Assembly: GCA_044353705.1 (NCBI GenBank)
Contig: JBILBJ010000001.1
Coordinates: 1 to 36,880, forward strand
Origin: Sphingorhabdus sp.
GTDB lineage: Bacteria > Pseudomonadota > Alphaproteobacteria > Sphingomonadales > Sphingomonadaceae
DNA: 36,880 nt
Reading direction: 5' to 3'
In this document: piece after piece, positions 19,275 through 28,370 of the stretch
Numbering within the stretch: position 1 is the stretch's first letter
Layout of the letters: the number at the start of each line of letters is the position of its first letter
Position numbers and translations under genes: made by a program
The notes under the pieces: model-generated
What the model was told of the DNA's origin: nothing
The model's input: only the letters and a program-made list of their open reading frames with translations
The model's database searches: none

Positions 19275-20660
19275 TTAATGCCCGACAGTCTCTCCGCGTT
19301 CCAGCCCCGATGCCGCCAATTGCGCATCAATTTGCGCCATTAGTCGTTCGAGACCTTCTTCGGACGAAGCCTCGGCGCGGGCGACGATAACGTCTTGCGT
19401 GTTCGATGCGCGCAACAGCCACCAGCCATCGGGCGTATTAACGCGCGCACCGTCGGTGTTGTTCACATCCGCGCCATCCGACGACAATCTGGCAAGCACT
19501 TCGTCAATCACGGCAAATTTGCGGCTCTCATCGACTTGGAAACGCATTTCGGGGGTGTTGATCATCTCGGGCATTTCGCTGCGCAACTCGGTCACGCTTT
19601 TACCGAGCTTAGCCGATGCCGACATCAGCCGGACGGCGGCATATATCGCATCGTCAAAACCATAATATTCATGCTTGAAGAAAATATGCCCGCTCATTTC
19701 ACCGGCAAGTGGAGAGCCCGTTTCTTTCATTTTGGACTTAATTAGGCTGTGACCTGTTTTCCACATCATGGGCTGACCACCCAGCGCGCTGACGCGATCG
19801 AACAAGGCCTGTGATGCCTTTACATCGGCGATAATCGTGGCCCCCGGTATTTCGCCGAGCACATCTGCGGCATAGATTTGCAGCAATTGGTCGCCCCAAA
19901 TTACGCGGCCTTCGCCATCAATGGCACCGATTCGGTCACCATCTCCGTCAAAAGCCACTCCAAAATCGAGTTTCTTTTCCGCGACAAGCCGCTGCAAATC
20001 GACCAGATTCGCTGGGTCGGTGGGATCCGGGTGATGATTGGGAAATTGGCCATCCACTTCCACGAACAAGAGATGGTGCTCTCCAGGTAACATCTTGACC
20101 AATTTTTCAATTGCCGGTCCCGCAGCGCCGTTACCCGCATCCCAACCGATGCGAAATGCCTTTTGTGGTGCCGCCTGCGCTACGCGGGCTACATATTGGT
20201 CGAGAATGTCGCATTGTTCCGAAGTGCCGTTACCGTTTACCCACTCCATGGCCGAGGCCATGCGGCCAATTTTTTGAATATCTGCTCCAAAAAATGGTTT
20301 GCCCATAAGGACCATTTTAAAGCCATTATAATTGGCGGGGTTGTGACTGCCGGTTATTTCTATGCCACCATCGACATCATCCAATACGGCCTCAGCATAA
20401 TATAGCATGGGAGTTGGCCCAATGCCGATGCGCACCACATCAACCCCGCTGTCGTTGAGACCCTTGACCAAAGCTTCCTCAAGCATGGGCGAGCTTGCCC
20501 GTCCGTCATAGCCTACCACTGCCTTTTTACCGCCAGCGTGTACAAGGCAGGTCCCGAACCCCCGGCCAATGGCATAAGCATCATCTGCGCCCAAAGTTTC
20601 GCCGATAATGCCGCGAATGTCATATTCGCGAAGCGATGTGGGGTGAAAATGATGGGCCAT
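19275..20660 (-). CDS. pgmG: Phosphoglucomutase/phosphomannomutase
   Basis: REYDIRG, TGSHNP (phospho-Ser), DGDGDR metal loop, GEMSGH, RASNT. Confidence 0.95.
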   Translation of the reverse strand: MAHHFHPTSLREYDIRGIIGETLGADDAYAIGRGFGTCLVHAGGKKAVVGYDGRASSPMLEEALVKGLNDSGVDVVRIGIGPTPMLYYAEAVLDDVDGGIEITGSHNPANYNGFKMVLMGKPFFGADIQKIGRMASAMEWVNGNGTSEQCDILDQYVARVAQAAPQKAFRIGWDAGNGAAGPAIEKLVKMLPGEHHLLFVEVDGQFPNHHPDPTDPANLVDLQRLVAEKKLDFGVAFDGDGDRIGAIDGEGRVIWGDQLLQIYAADVLGEIPGATIIADVKASQALFDRVSALGGQPMMWKTGHSLIKSKMKETGSPLAGEMSGHIFFKHEYYGFDDAIYAAVRLMSASAKLGKSVTELRSEMPEMINTPEMRFQVDESRKFAVIDEVLARLSSDGADVNNTDGARVNTPDGWWLLRASNTQDVIVARAEASSEEGLERLMAQIDAQLAASGLERGETVGH

Positions 20661-20695
20661 GAAGTGTCCTATACGTCCGGGAGAGATATTGGCAG

Positions 20696-21109
20696 CTAAA
20701 GCCGTTTATTGTTCAAGTCATCCAACAAAAGGTCGCGTGCCTTGTTCAATGCTGCGGCGCGTTCTGCGCTACCGCCCGTGTCTGGATGATTTTGCGCGAT
20801 CAGTGTGCGATGACGCTCGCGAATCCGTTCAGCGTTGTCGAAACGCGACACGCCCAGCAGGAAGCGGGCATCATCTATATCCGGCACCTTGCTCTGCTTG
20901 GCCCGGGAACCGAACAGTCGCAAAATCAGGCCGCGATACCAGATGCCGGCTATCGCTATCGCCGCCACACCGATCAGCAGGCTTCCCCGCGCCGCAAGAA
21001 ATGCCCCAGATAGTCCCAGCAATATCGGTAGCAATTGTTGCTTTTGTAGCTTGCCTGTCCACACGGCCCAGCCAAGGGCAAGAAAAGCCAAAATGGCCAC
21101 AAACGTCAT
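20696..21109 (-). CDS. Membrane-anchored J-domain protein (Pam18/Tim14-like)
   Basis: Hydrophobic N-terminal helices, then ARFLLGV...[15 protein letters not shown]...LNKARDLL. Translationally coupled to mipZ (TAATG). Confidence 0.85.
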   Translation of the reverse strand: MTFVAILAFLALGWAVWTGKLQKQQLLPILLGLSGAFLAARGSLLIGVAAIAIAGIWYRGLILRLFGSRAKQSKVPDIDDARFLLGVSRFDNAERIRERHRTLIAQNHPDTGGSAERAAALNKARDLLLDDLNNKRL

Positions 21110-21891
21110 TACGCCAGTGCCAGCTGACCGACGTCGGGCAGGGCAAGCCCAGTGACAAGTTCACGCAATTCCTGCCGCGCTACGATATGCGCGGTCGCCA
21201 ACTGGCCCAGATGGCCCTTGTCGATCAAGGTAAGGCCGGACGGGAACAGCTCACGATAAATGACGCGTTCATTCAGCCCCGGCACCGAACGGAAACCAAC
21301 GCGCTTGGATAATTCGGTCAGTGCGTCGGTCATTCGCTGCTGATTGCGCGCCTCCATATTGTGTAGGCGATTGCGAACCACGACCCAGTCGATGGTAACG
21401 CCATCGGCCTTCGCGCGCTCCTTGCGTGCGTCCCAGATAAGCTCTGCATAGAAGCTCAGTTTGCGCACTTTGAAATTTTCGGCGTCGACTTGGCCAATCA
21501 AGTCAAAATCAACAAAGCTGTCGTTGATGGGGGTGACCAATGTATTGGCGCGCGTCGCAACAAAACGGGCATAAGGATCATCGCGTCCTGGGGTGTCGAA
21601 CACCAGGAAATCATTTTCTGCGCCTAGCCGCTCCACCTGACGTTCTAACGTGGCTTGCGAATCATGTTCGAACACTTCGAACACCGGCATCGGCAAGGTG
21701 ACTTTGCGCCGCGCCATCGTGTCGCGCCGGTTTTCCAAATAGCGGTATAAGGTGCGTTGGCGCGAATCCAAATCGATGCAGGCCACCCGTGCACCGCGTG
21801 ACGCCAAAGCTATGGCGACATGGACTGCGGTAGTTGATTTACCCGTTCCGCCCTTTTCGTTCGCAAAAACGATGTGATGTGCCTTGGCCAT
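21109..21891 (-). CDS. mipZ: Division plane positioning ATPase MipZ
   Basis: NEKGGTGKSTT, IDLDSRQRT, DTPGRD, TPINDSFVDFD and ERVIYRELFPSGLT motifs. Start moved to the ATG at 21891. Confidence 0.93.
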   Translation of the reverse strand: MAKAHHIVFANEKGGTGKSTTAVHVAIALASRGARVACIDLDSRQRTLYRYLENRRDTMARRKVTLPMPVFEVFEHDSQATLERQVERLGAENDFLVFDTPGRDDPYARFVATRANTLVTPINDSFVDFDLIGQVDAENFKVRKLSFYAELIWDARKERAKADGVTIDWVVVRNRLHNMEARNQQRMTDALTELSKRVGFRSVPGLNERVIYRELFPSGLTLIDKGHLGQLATAHIVARQELRELVTGLALPDVGQLALA

Positions 21892-21998
21892 AATCCCCCA
21901 AATCTGCCTCAAAAACGATGCGTGGCGACATTTGCCTTGAATTGTCGCTGTACCCTCCCGCATAGGCGAGTTCAACAAAGGCCAATAAACAAGGCGAC

Positions 21999-22844
21999 GT
22001 GGACGTGCAAACCATCAATCAGCTTGACGCATTGCGGCAGCACATTTCAGCGCTGCGTGACGCCAAGGGACGGGTCGCCTTGGTCCCGACCATGGGTGCA
22101 TTGCATAATGGGCACATGATGTTGGTGAAAGAGGCGCAGCGGCATGCCGATGCGGTGGTCGTATCGATTTTCGTCAACCCGACACAATTTGGAGCGAATG
22201 AAGATCTCGACGCCTATCCCCGCACGATGGCACGGGACGCTGAATTGCTGCGCGCTGCAGGGGTCGACATTTTATGGGCCCCGCATGAGCATATTATCTA
22301 TCCTCCTGGCTTTGCAACGCATGTTCATGTCGGTGGCCCAAGCAATGCCTATTGCGGCGCCGCGCGACCCGGGCATTTTGACGGCGTTGCGCTGGTGGTC
22401 GCCAAATTGTTTAATCAGGTTCAGCCCGATGTTGCGTTATTTGGGGAAAAGGACTTTCAACAACTGGCAGTCATCCGGCAAATGGCCCGAGATCTGGATT
22501 TCGCGTTGGACATATTGGGCGTACCAATTGTGCGTGACGCAGATGGCCTCGCTTTGTCATCGCGCAATGCCTATCTGACGGATGAAGAGCGGGCGGCGGC
22601 TCTGGCTTTGCCACATGCATTGGGCCACGCGGCGGCCCAGATCCGTGCAGGCGACGATGTCGGGCAAACGCTCGCCAAGGCCTCGGCGGATATCCTTGCC
22701 GCCGGCTTTGCGCGGTTGGATTATCTTGCCCTTGCGGATGCAGTAACCTTAGAAGAACTGCAACATTTCGACGGCAGGTCCGCGCGGTTGCTTGCGGCGG
22801 CCAAGATGGGCAAGACGCGGTTGATAGATAATTTGGCGATTTAG
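21999..22844 (+). CDS. panC: Pantoate--beta-alanine ligase
   Basis: [52 protein letters not shown]. Confidence 0.97.
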   Translation: MDVQTINQLDALRQHISALRDAKGRVALVPTMGALHNGHMMLVKEAQRHADAVVVSIFVNPTQFGANEDLDAYPRTMARDAELLRAAGVDILWAPHEHIIYPPGFATHVHVGGPSNAYCGAARPGHFDGVALVVAKLFNQVQPDVALFGEKDFQQLAVIRQMARDLDFALDILGVPIVRDADGLALSSRNAYLTDEERAAALALPHALGHAAAQIRAGDDVGQTLAKASADILAAGFARLDYLALADAVTLEELQHFDGRSARLLAAAKMGKTRLIDNLAI

Positions 22845-22906
22845 GCGCCGACACCGCTTTTCGTAGGTTTCTACTTGCGCGGATTTTGCTTTTTTAGCTG
22901 AGGATA

Positions 22907-23899
22907 GTGTTTGATATGTCGGCTCCCATCCTTGTAACTGGTGCTGCAGGCTTTATCGGCCACGCGGTGGCGCACCGACTTCTCGCGCGCGGAGAGCGTG
23001 TCATTGGCATCGACATCGTGAATGACTATTATGACCCCGCTTTGAAAGAGGCACGGCTCGCGACTTTTGTCGGGATAAACAGCTTCGCCTTTGAACGCGT
23101 CGACATCGCTGATGCCGACAAGATGAAGGCACTGGTGCGCGACAATAATATCCTGCGCGTTGTCCATCTCGCGGCGCAGGCGGGCGTTCGCTATAGCTTG
23201 GAGAACCCGTTTGCTTATGAGCGCTCGAACTTGGCGGGCCATTTGTCCGTGCTGGAGGCGTGTCGCCACGCTGAGGGCTTTGAGCATCTCGTCTACGCCT
23301 CGTCGAGCTCGGTCTATGGTGACAAGCCGATGGGCGGCGAAGGTTTTAAGGAGGAGGAACCCGCCAACGACCCAGTATCGCTCTACGCCGCGACCAAGCG
23401 TGCCTGCGAATTGATGAGCCAGTCTTATGCCAAGCTTTATGGCTTTCCGCAGACTGGCCTGCGCTTCTTCACCGTCTATGGGCCATGGGGGCGGCCCGAC
23501 ATGGCCTATTTCAGTTTCACCCAGAAAATCCTGCGCGGCGAGGCGATTGAGGTTTACGGAAATGGAGAGATGGCGCGCGATTTCACCTATATAGATGACA
23601 TTGTTGACGGGATCATCGGGTCGCTCGACCATCCGCCCCCACGCGGGGAGCACAGGGTCTTCAACATTGGCGACAGCCATCCAGTTGGCCTGATGGACAT
23701 GATTGAGACGCTCGAAAAGGCGATTGGACGAGAGGCAGTGAAGATCATGCTGCCCATGCAACCGGGCGATGTCACCGCGACCTATGCTGATGTATCGAAG
23801 CTACATGCACTGACGGGGTACAAGCCAAAGGTCATGTTGACCGAAGGCTTACAAAAGTTCGCCGACTGGTATCGGCAATATTACGGAACCGAAGCCTAG
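22907..23899 (+). CDS. NAD-dependent epimerase, UDP-glucuronate 4-epimerase-like
   Basis: TGAAGFIG, HLAAQAGVRYS, YASSSSVYG, YAATK, LRFFTVYGPWGRPDMA. Alternative ATG at 22916. Confidence 0.92.
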   Translation: MFDMSAPILVTGAAGFIGHAVAHRLLARGERVIGIDIVNDYYDPALKEARLATFVGINSFAFERVDIADADKMKALVRDNNILRVVHLAAQAGVRYSLENPFAYERSNLAGHLSVLEACRHAEGFEHLVYASSSSVYGDKPMGGEGFKEEEPANDPVSLYAATKRACELMSQSYAKLYGFPQTGLRFFTVYGPWGRPDMAYFSFTQKILRGEAIEVYGNGEMARDFTYIDDIVDGIIGSLDHPPPRGEHRVFNIGDSHPVGLMDMIETLEKAIGREAVKIMLPMQPGDVTATYADVSKLHALTGYKPKVMLTEGLQKFADWYRQYYGTEA

Positions 23900-24528
23900 G
23901 GCTTTAACTGCGGATGCATCTCATCGAATGCAGCAGCCAGTTTTCGGCCCGCAATCTCCCGACCCGCTGCGCGCGGCAAACCAAGTGCCGCCGACAGTGG
24001 CCCGCCCAATAACGCATCGCCCAGCGCCATGAGCACCATCTCAAGCGTCAGCTGGTGTAGCGACGTGTCGGCGTGGCCGTCTTCGGCAATCTCGTCTACC
24101 AGCTTGTGGATAGCCTCGACAATCGGGTCGAGCGCATCTTCATTGCCGGACAGCAGCATCCACGATGCGAGCGCGCCCGCGCCTTCGCGGTCGAACTGAT
24201 CAAAGATTAAATCGGCAAGCTCATGTGGCGTCACCACCCCACCACGCATTTGCGCGACGGCCTCAGCGACCTTACTACAGATATTCTCGCCCATATACGC
24301 CGCCAGAGCCCGCTGGAGCCCCGACGCAGACCCAAAATGATGCAGCAGGTTGGCATGCGTTCGCCCGATTTGTCCGGCGACCGCCTTTAAAGTAACCGCC
24401 TGCGGCCCTGTCTCAAGCAATAGGCCTCGCGCCGCCTCAAGCGCCGCCATCCGGCTCGCCTCCGGGCTTAATCGGCGCGGCATGCCGACGTCTTTGAAAT
24501 CGATAATTTTAGGCGCCTGTGTTGCCAT
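23896..24528 (-). CDS. TetR/AcrR-family transcriptional regulator
   Basis: N-terminal HTH: AALEAARGLLLETGPQAVTLKAVAGQIGRTHANLLHHFGS. Confidence 0.9.
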   Translation of the reverse strand: MATQAPKIIDFKDVGMPRRLSPEASRMAALEAARGLLLETGPQAVTLKAVAGQIGRTHANLLHHFGSASGLQRALAAYMGENICSKVAEAVAQMRGGVVTPHELADLIFDQFDREGAGALASWMLLSGNEDALDPIVEAIHKLVDEIAEDGHADTSLHQLTLEMVLMALGDALLGGPLSAALGLPRAAGREIAGRKLAAAFDEMHPQLKP

Positions 24529-24751
24529 ATTCTTCGCGATCCCCCGCTAGTCTTACAACGCTACGCCAATTTAAGGAGATATCCAAGTGTGTTGCGCGGT
24601 AAACTGCGACCGAATTCGCGCAATGAATAATGCCGCCAGAGTCCCTTTAAGGGAGCCGGGAAGCTAGAGCCTTTTGAAGAGTGATTTACAGGGTCGGACG
24701 TCTCGCCCCTAGATGATATTGCTCCGTGCATATAAAACTTATAAATGTTTG

Positions 24752-24935
24752 CGGGCGGTGTCTGGTTGGCAGGGTTTTTGGGAATGGGCTTTTGGTTTAT
24801 CAGCCCGGCTTCGCCGTTTTGCCCGAACGAGGCTTTCCAGCGGTAGTAGCTTGATCTGCCTATGCCGAAGTATCGGCATGCCTTGCCCACATCACCGATC
24901 TTCTCAGCATGCCGCAGCACTTTGAACTTGCGCTG
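24752..24935 (-). pseudogene. IS481-family transposase N-terminal HTH fragment
   Basis: QRKFKVLRHAEKIGDVGKACRYFGIGRSSYYRWK...GEAGLINQKPIPKNPANQTPP. No start region, no DDE domain; the frame then runs into unrelated sequence. Confidence 0.75.
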
Positions 24936-24966
24936 ATAATGGCAGTTGCAGCATTGAAAATATTTC

Positions 24967-25003
24967 GGGCGCTAAAGGGCTTGAACCGCTAACACTCCCG
25001 GTG
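24967..25003 (-). pseudogene. Degenerate 3' half of a tRNA, probably Val(TAC); candidate att scar
   Basis: Minus strand reads CACCGGGAGTGTTAGCGGTTCAAGCCCTTTAGCGCCC: end of the anticodon loop, GGTTCAAGCCC T-arm and a CGCCC acceptor end. No 5' half and no CCA. Confidence 0.6.
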
Positions 25004-25510
25004 GGTTGCTCAGCGCAACAAATATTTGGTGAACGGATAAATCAAGGAGGTGGAGGGGAGCCCTACGGTTCAGAGGTTCTTTAGGTTGGCACGTGCCAAT
25101 GCGCTACCAGCAAGCACAAAATGGACAGAATTGAATAATCCGCCTTCACCCTCCCAGTCAGAAGTGAAGCCACAGCCTGAATTTACCTCCACCACATTAA
25201 CAAGGGCAAGCTGCAGAAGAACATTGTGTGAGACGTGGTGGTTATTAATCGGGCTATCGACTGGCGCCGTGCTCAGGCGAGAAACCCTGCGTTTTCCCGT
25301 GAAGAGATGGCGGCCACGGAGGGGGCGCAGTTAAACTGGGCCCGCAGGGGCATGCCGAGGCAGATACACTATGCGCCGATCATAAGCACCCGGCCAGACC
25401 TTGCAGCCTCCCCTCGCCTTGATATGCTTGGTAAATTCTGCCCATATAAAAAGCCGGTTGTTTTTGAATATTCATGGATATACGGTTGTGTGGCTTTTAC
25501 AGTTTGTACG

Positions 25511-25586
25511 GATATAAATTTTTTTTTTATATATCAGGCTTGTCATATTCCGGTGAGCTCTGCTACAGAAGTAAATCAGAGTTAAC
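25511..25586 (+). promoter_or_regulatory. Putative sigma70 promoter of the surface-protein locus with a T10 tract and a CtrA-like box
   Basis: T10 at 25519-25528, TTGTCA at 25540-25545, GCTACAGA at 25562-25569, GTAA-N7-TTAAC at 25571-25586. Confidence 0.45.
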
Positions 25587-25612
25587 AGTTTCGTTCGGGG
25601 TAAAGGGTTAAA

Positions 25613-28324
25613 ATGGCAAAGCGCACCGTAGTTGGCGTATCAGAAGTGGGGCGGGGTCAGAAGGCTCGCACTGCTCGTAAGCCTATAAAAAAGAATGATT
25701 TGGCCCTCCAGGCTGAGGTGGACGCGGTTAAGTCCGATCTCCCTCTCGATGTGAGCGACGTTGAGGAGACAAGCGCCGGCGCCGGCCTGGGTGACGGCGG
25801 CGTTTTTAGTAAGATGATTTCTAATGCGGTTGCTTCTGACGAAGGAGCTCCGGCTCCGGCGGCCGGAGGTGCTGGTGTTCCCCAAGCTTCTGCTGGCGGC
25901 CTGGGTACGGAAATTTATGTGGCTACCGGCCTTGGTTTGCTTGGCGGCATTGGATTTTTGGCGACCTACGGCGAAAAGGCCAAGCCACCAGTTTTTGGGT
26001 CGACGGAAGTTGCTGCGACCGGCGAAGAAGATAAGCCGCTCAGTGGCTCCGTTAAGGCGACGGACCCCAATGGCGACACTTTAACCTACGCAGTTGGATC
26101 GGCGCCGGCAAATGGCTCGGTGACGGTCAATGCCGACGGTAGTTACGTATATACGCCCAAGGCAAACTATGCCGGCTCCGACAGTTTCACTGTCACTGCC
26201 AGTGATGGCAAGGGTGGCACTGCGACGCAGGCTGTCAAGGTTACGGTGACGCCAGTTAACGACGCGCCCGTTATTACTAGTGCTGCCCAGGCTGGCGCGG
26301 TGGTTGAGGATGGCGCATTGAGCGCAACGGGTAAGTTCACTTCAAGCGATGTTGATGCAGGCGCGACAGCTACTTACACTGGCAGCAAGGCTGGCACTTA
26401 CGGCAGCTTCACGATTGATGCGGCCACAGGTGCTTGGAAGTATGATCTGAACAACGCTACTGCTCAGGCGCTTGCTGCGGGCGAAGCCAAGACCGAGACA
26501 TTTGCGGTTGTCGTTACTGACGATAAGGGCGCAACTGCGACCCAGAATGTGGTTGTAACGGTCACAGGTTCGAACGACGCTCCAGTGATTTCGACCACAA
26601 CGACGGCCACTGGCGCGGTTGTTGAGGACGGTGCGCTCTCTGCAACCGGCACTGTCGCTTCAAGTGATGTCGATGTTACGGGCAAGACAGCTACGTACAC
26701 TGGCAGCAAGGCTGGCACTTACGGCAGCTTCACGATTGATGCGGCCACAGGTGCTTGGAAGTATGATCTGAACAACGCGAGCCATCAAAATCTGGATGAG
26801 GGCGAGGTTAAAACTGAGGTCTTCACCGTAACCGTAACCGACGATAAGGGTGCGACGGCAACCCAAAATGTCACTGTCACGGTAACTGGCACAAATGATC
26901 TTCCGGTCGTTTCGGCTACTTCTGATCGCGCGGTCAGCTTCCAAGAGGCTGGGCCAACGGCACTGGTTGCCTCGTCTCAGATGATTAAGGTTGCAGGAAC
27001 TGATGCGGATGGCGGTGAGGTAACTTTCTTTGTTCCACCATCCACCGCAGTCGCAGACATCACGTTGGCTTCGGATGGAAGTGGGTTTACTTACACGCCT
27101 AAGGACATCAACTATCACGGTACGGAAACAATTGTTGTCCGTCTGAATGATGCTCAGGGCGCGGGTAAATTCACCGAATATTCCGTTCAGGTAACTGTTA
27201 CGCCAAATACTGCTGAGAACCAGCGCATTGATAATGGCCTGACAAAGGCTGCATATAATGCAGCTGGCAGCGGCTTGACTGCGGGTGATAACTTCACATT
27301 CATCGACGACTCTAGTCAGACAACCAACGTTGAAATCACCAACTTCCAATTGGGTGACAAGATCCAGGTGTCGGCTTCGGCTTCAAAGTATAGCTTTGCG
27401 GTCACTGGCGCTGGTGATCTGGAGATCACTTATATTGATACCGCGTCGGGTGCGAGCAACGTCATTCTTCTGAAGGGTGTTGCCGTCAATGCTGGCTTCA
27501 TCGAGGATGAAGTGACTGCAGAGACGCAGCTTGGACTTGGTAACTTCTTCATGTCGCTTGCCGATGGTGCGACAAACGCATCTGGCGCCACAGTGGCGGG
27601 TACATCACTTGATGTCGACAGTGACACAAGTGTGAATACTTTTGCCTTGTTCAGCGCAGCTGGCGGGGACATTGCCTTTGCTGAAGATGCCAATCTGGCT
27701 AACCGCGCATTGATCCAGGGTTTTGGCGCCGGTGATACTATCACTGTCTCCAATGCGGCTGCGGCGGCTTACTCTTTTGCGCGGGATACCAATGCGGGCA
27801 ATGACATTGTCATCACGTATAATAATGACGGAAAAATCAACGAGATAGTACTCCAGGGCGCTGCAACGGGCTCCACTGGGACGCTCGACACCTTGGCCTC
27901 AGTTGAGGCTTTGCTTGGCGCCGGCTTCTTCAAGGCTGTCGGTGGCAGTGGTGGATCTGGCGGCGGCGGTGGCACCCAGCCATTCGTCCCAACAGATACC
28001 GTAGTTGCTGACAATGCGTCGGGTAGGGCGACTGTCAACGCTGGCACTGGAAGCATTAAGTTTACTGATGACGCCGGAGTGCGCTCAGATGTGATTTTGC
28101 AAAACTTCAGTTCGGATGACCGTATTTTCACAAATACGGCGGCTGACAACTACAACTTTGCCATTTCCGAGGAAGACCCAGATGATCTTGTCATAACCTT
28201 TAATAATAATGGTGTTTTGAACCAATTTGTTCTGGACGAGGTCCTCGCCGGAAAAGATGCATTTATTGATAGTTACGCCTCTGCAGTCGCTGCAGTCGGT
28301 TTTGAATTCATGAACTTTGGCTGA
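25613..28324 (+). CDS. Surface protein with an N-terminal hydrophobic segment, cadherin-like/VCBS domains and three C-terminal modules
   Basis: ATDPNGDTLTY...GSYVYTPKANYAGSDSFTVTASDGKGG...VTPVNDAP; two VCBS-like units (GAVVEDG...GAWKYDLNN...VTGxND); three modules with ~127-aa period; no Sec signal peptide. Confidence 0.88.
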   Translation: MAKRTVVGVSEVGRGQKARTARKPIKKNDLALQAEVDAVKSDLPLDVSDVEETSAGAGLGDGGVFSKMISNAVASDEGAPAPAAGGAGVPQASAGGLGTEIYVATGLGLLGGIGFLATYGEKAKPPVFGSTEVAATGEEDKPLSGSVKATDPNGDTLTYAVGSAPANGSVTVNADGSYVYTPKANYAGSDSFTVTASDGKGGTATQAVKVTVTPVNDAPVITSAAQAGAVVEDGALSATGKFTSSDVDAGATATYTGSKAGTYGSFTIDAATGAWKYDLNNATAQALAAGEAKTETFAVVVTDDKGATATQNVVVTVTGSNDAPVISTTTTATGAVVEDGALSATGTVASSDVDVTGKTATYTGSKAGTYGSFTIDAATGAWKYDLNNASHQNLDEGEVKTEVFTVTVTDDKGATATQNVTVTVTGTNDLPVVSATSDRAVSFQEAGPTALVASSQMIKVAGTDADGGEVTFFVPPSTAVADITLASDGSGFTYTPKDINYHGTETIVVRLNDAQGAGKFTEYSVQVTVTPNTAENQRIDNGLTKAAYNAAGSGLTAGDNFTFIDDSSQTTNVEITNFQLGDKIQVSASASKYSFAVTGAGDLEITYIDTASGASNVILLKGVAVNAGFIEDEVTAETQLGLGNFFMSLADGATNASGATVAGTSLDVDSDTSVNTFALFSAAGGDIAFAEDANLANRALIQGFGAGDTITVSNAAAAAYSFARDTNAGNDIVITYNNDGKINEIVLQGAATGSTGTLDTLASVEALLGAGFFKAVGGSGGSGGGGGTQPFVPTDTVVADNASGRATVNAGTGSIKFTDDAGVRSDVILQNFSSDDRIFTNTAADNYNFAISEEDPDDLVITFNNNGVLNQFVLDEVLAGKDAFIDSYASAVAAVGFEFMNFG
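26365..26778 (+). repeat. 93-bp near-identical direct repeat (26365-26457 and 26686-26778)
   Basis: 92 of 93 bases identical by manual alignment; period 321 bp (107 codons). Confidence 0.92.
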
Positions 28325-28370
28325 TTTCTAACCGAAACGGCGAATTAAAAAATTTTTTGGAGAATATACA

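Noticed and set aside
19268-19330. Extended N-terminus of Lhr (likewise the ORF-track starts of msrB, mipZ and the S9 peptidase)
   Set aside because: The extensions overlap a neighbouring gene or promoter region and lack family-like sequence; downstream starts fit better.
24561-24920. 119-aa ORF as an intact gene
   Set aside because: Only the first ~55 residues are transposase-like; the rest is read-through into non-coding sequence.
24967-25003. Functional tRNA gene
   Set aside because: No D-arm or 5' acceptor strand, mismatched T-stem and no CCA; kept only as a fragment.
25050-25585. ORFs of 94 aa and 116 aa at the island edge
   Set aside because: No recognisable family. The frame of the 116-aa ORF has three stops just upstream (25121-25231) and its tail runs through the AT-rich promoter. 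It may be a decayed gene, but I cannot identify it.
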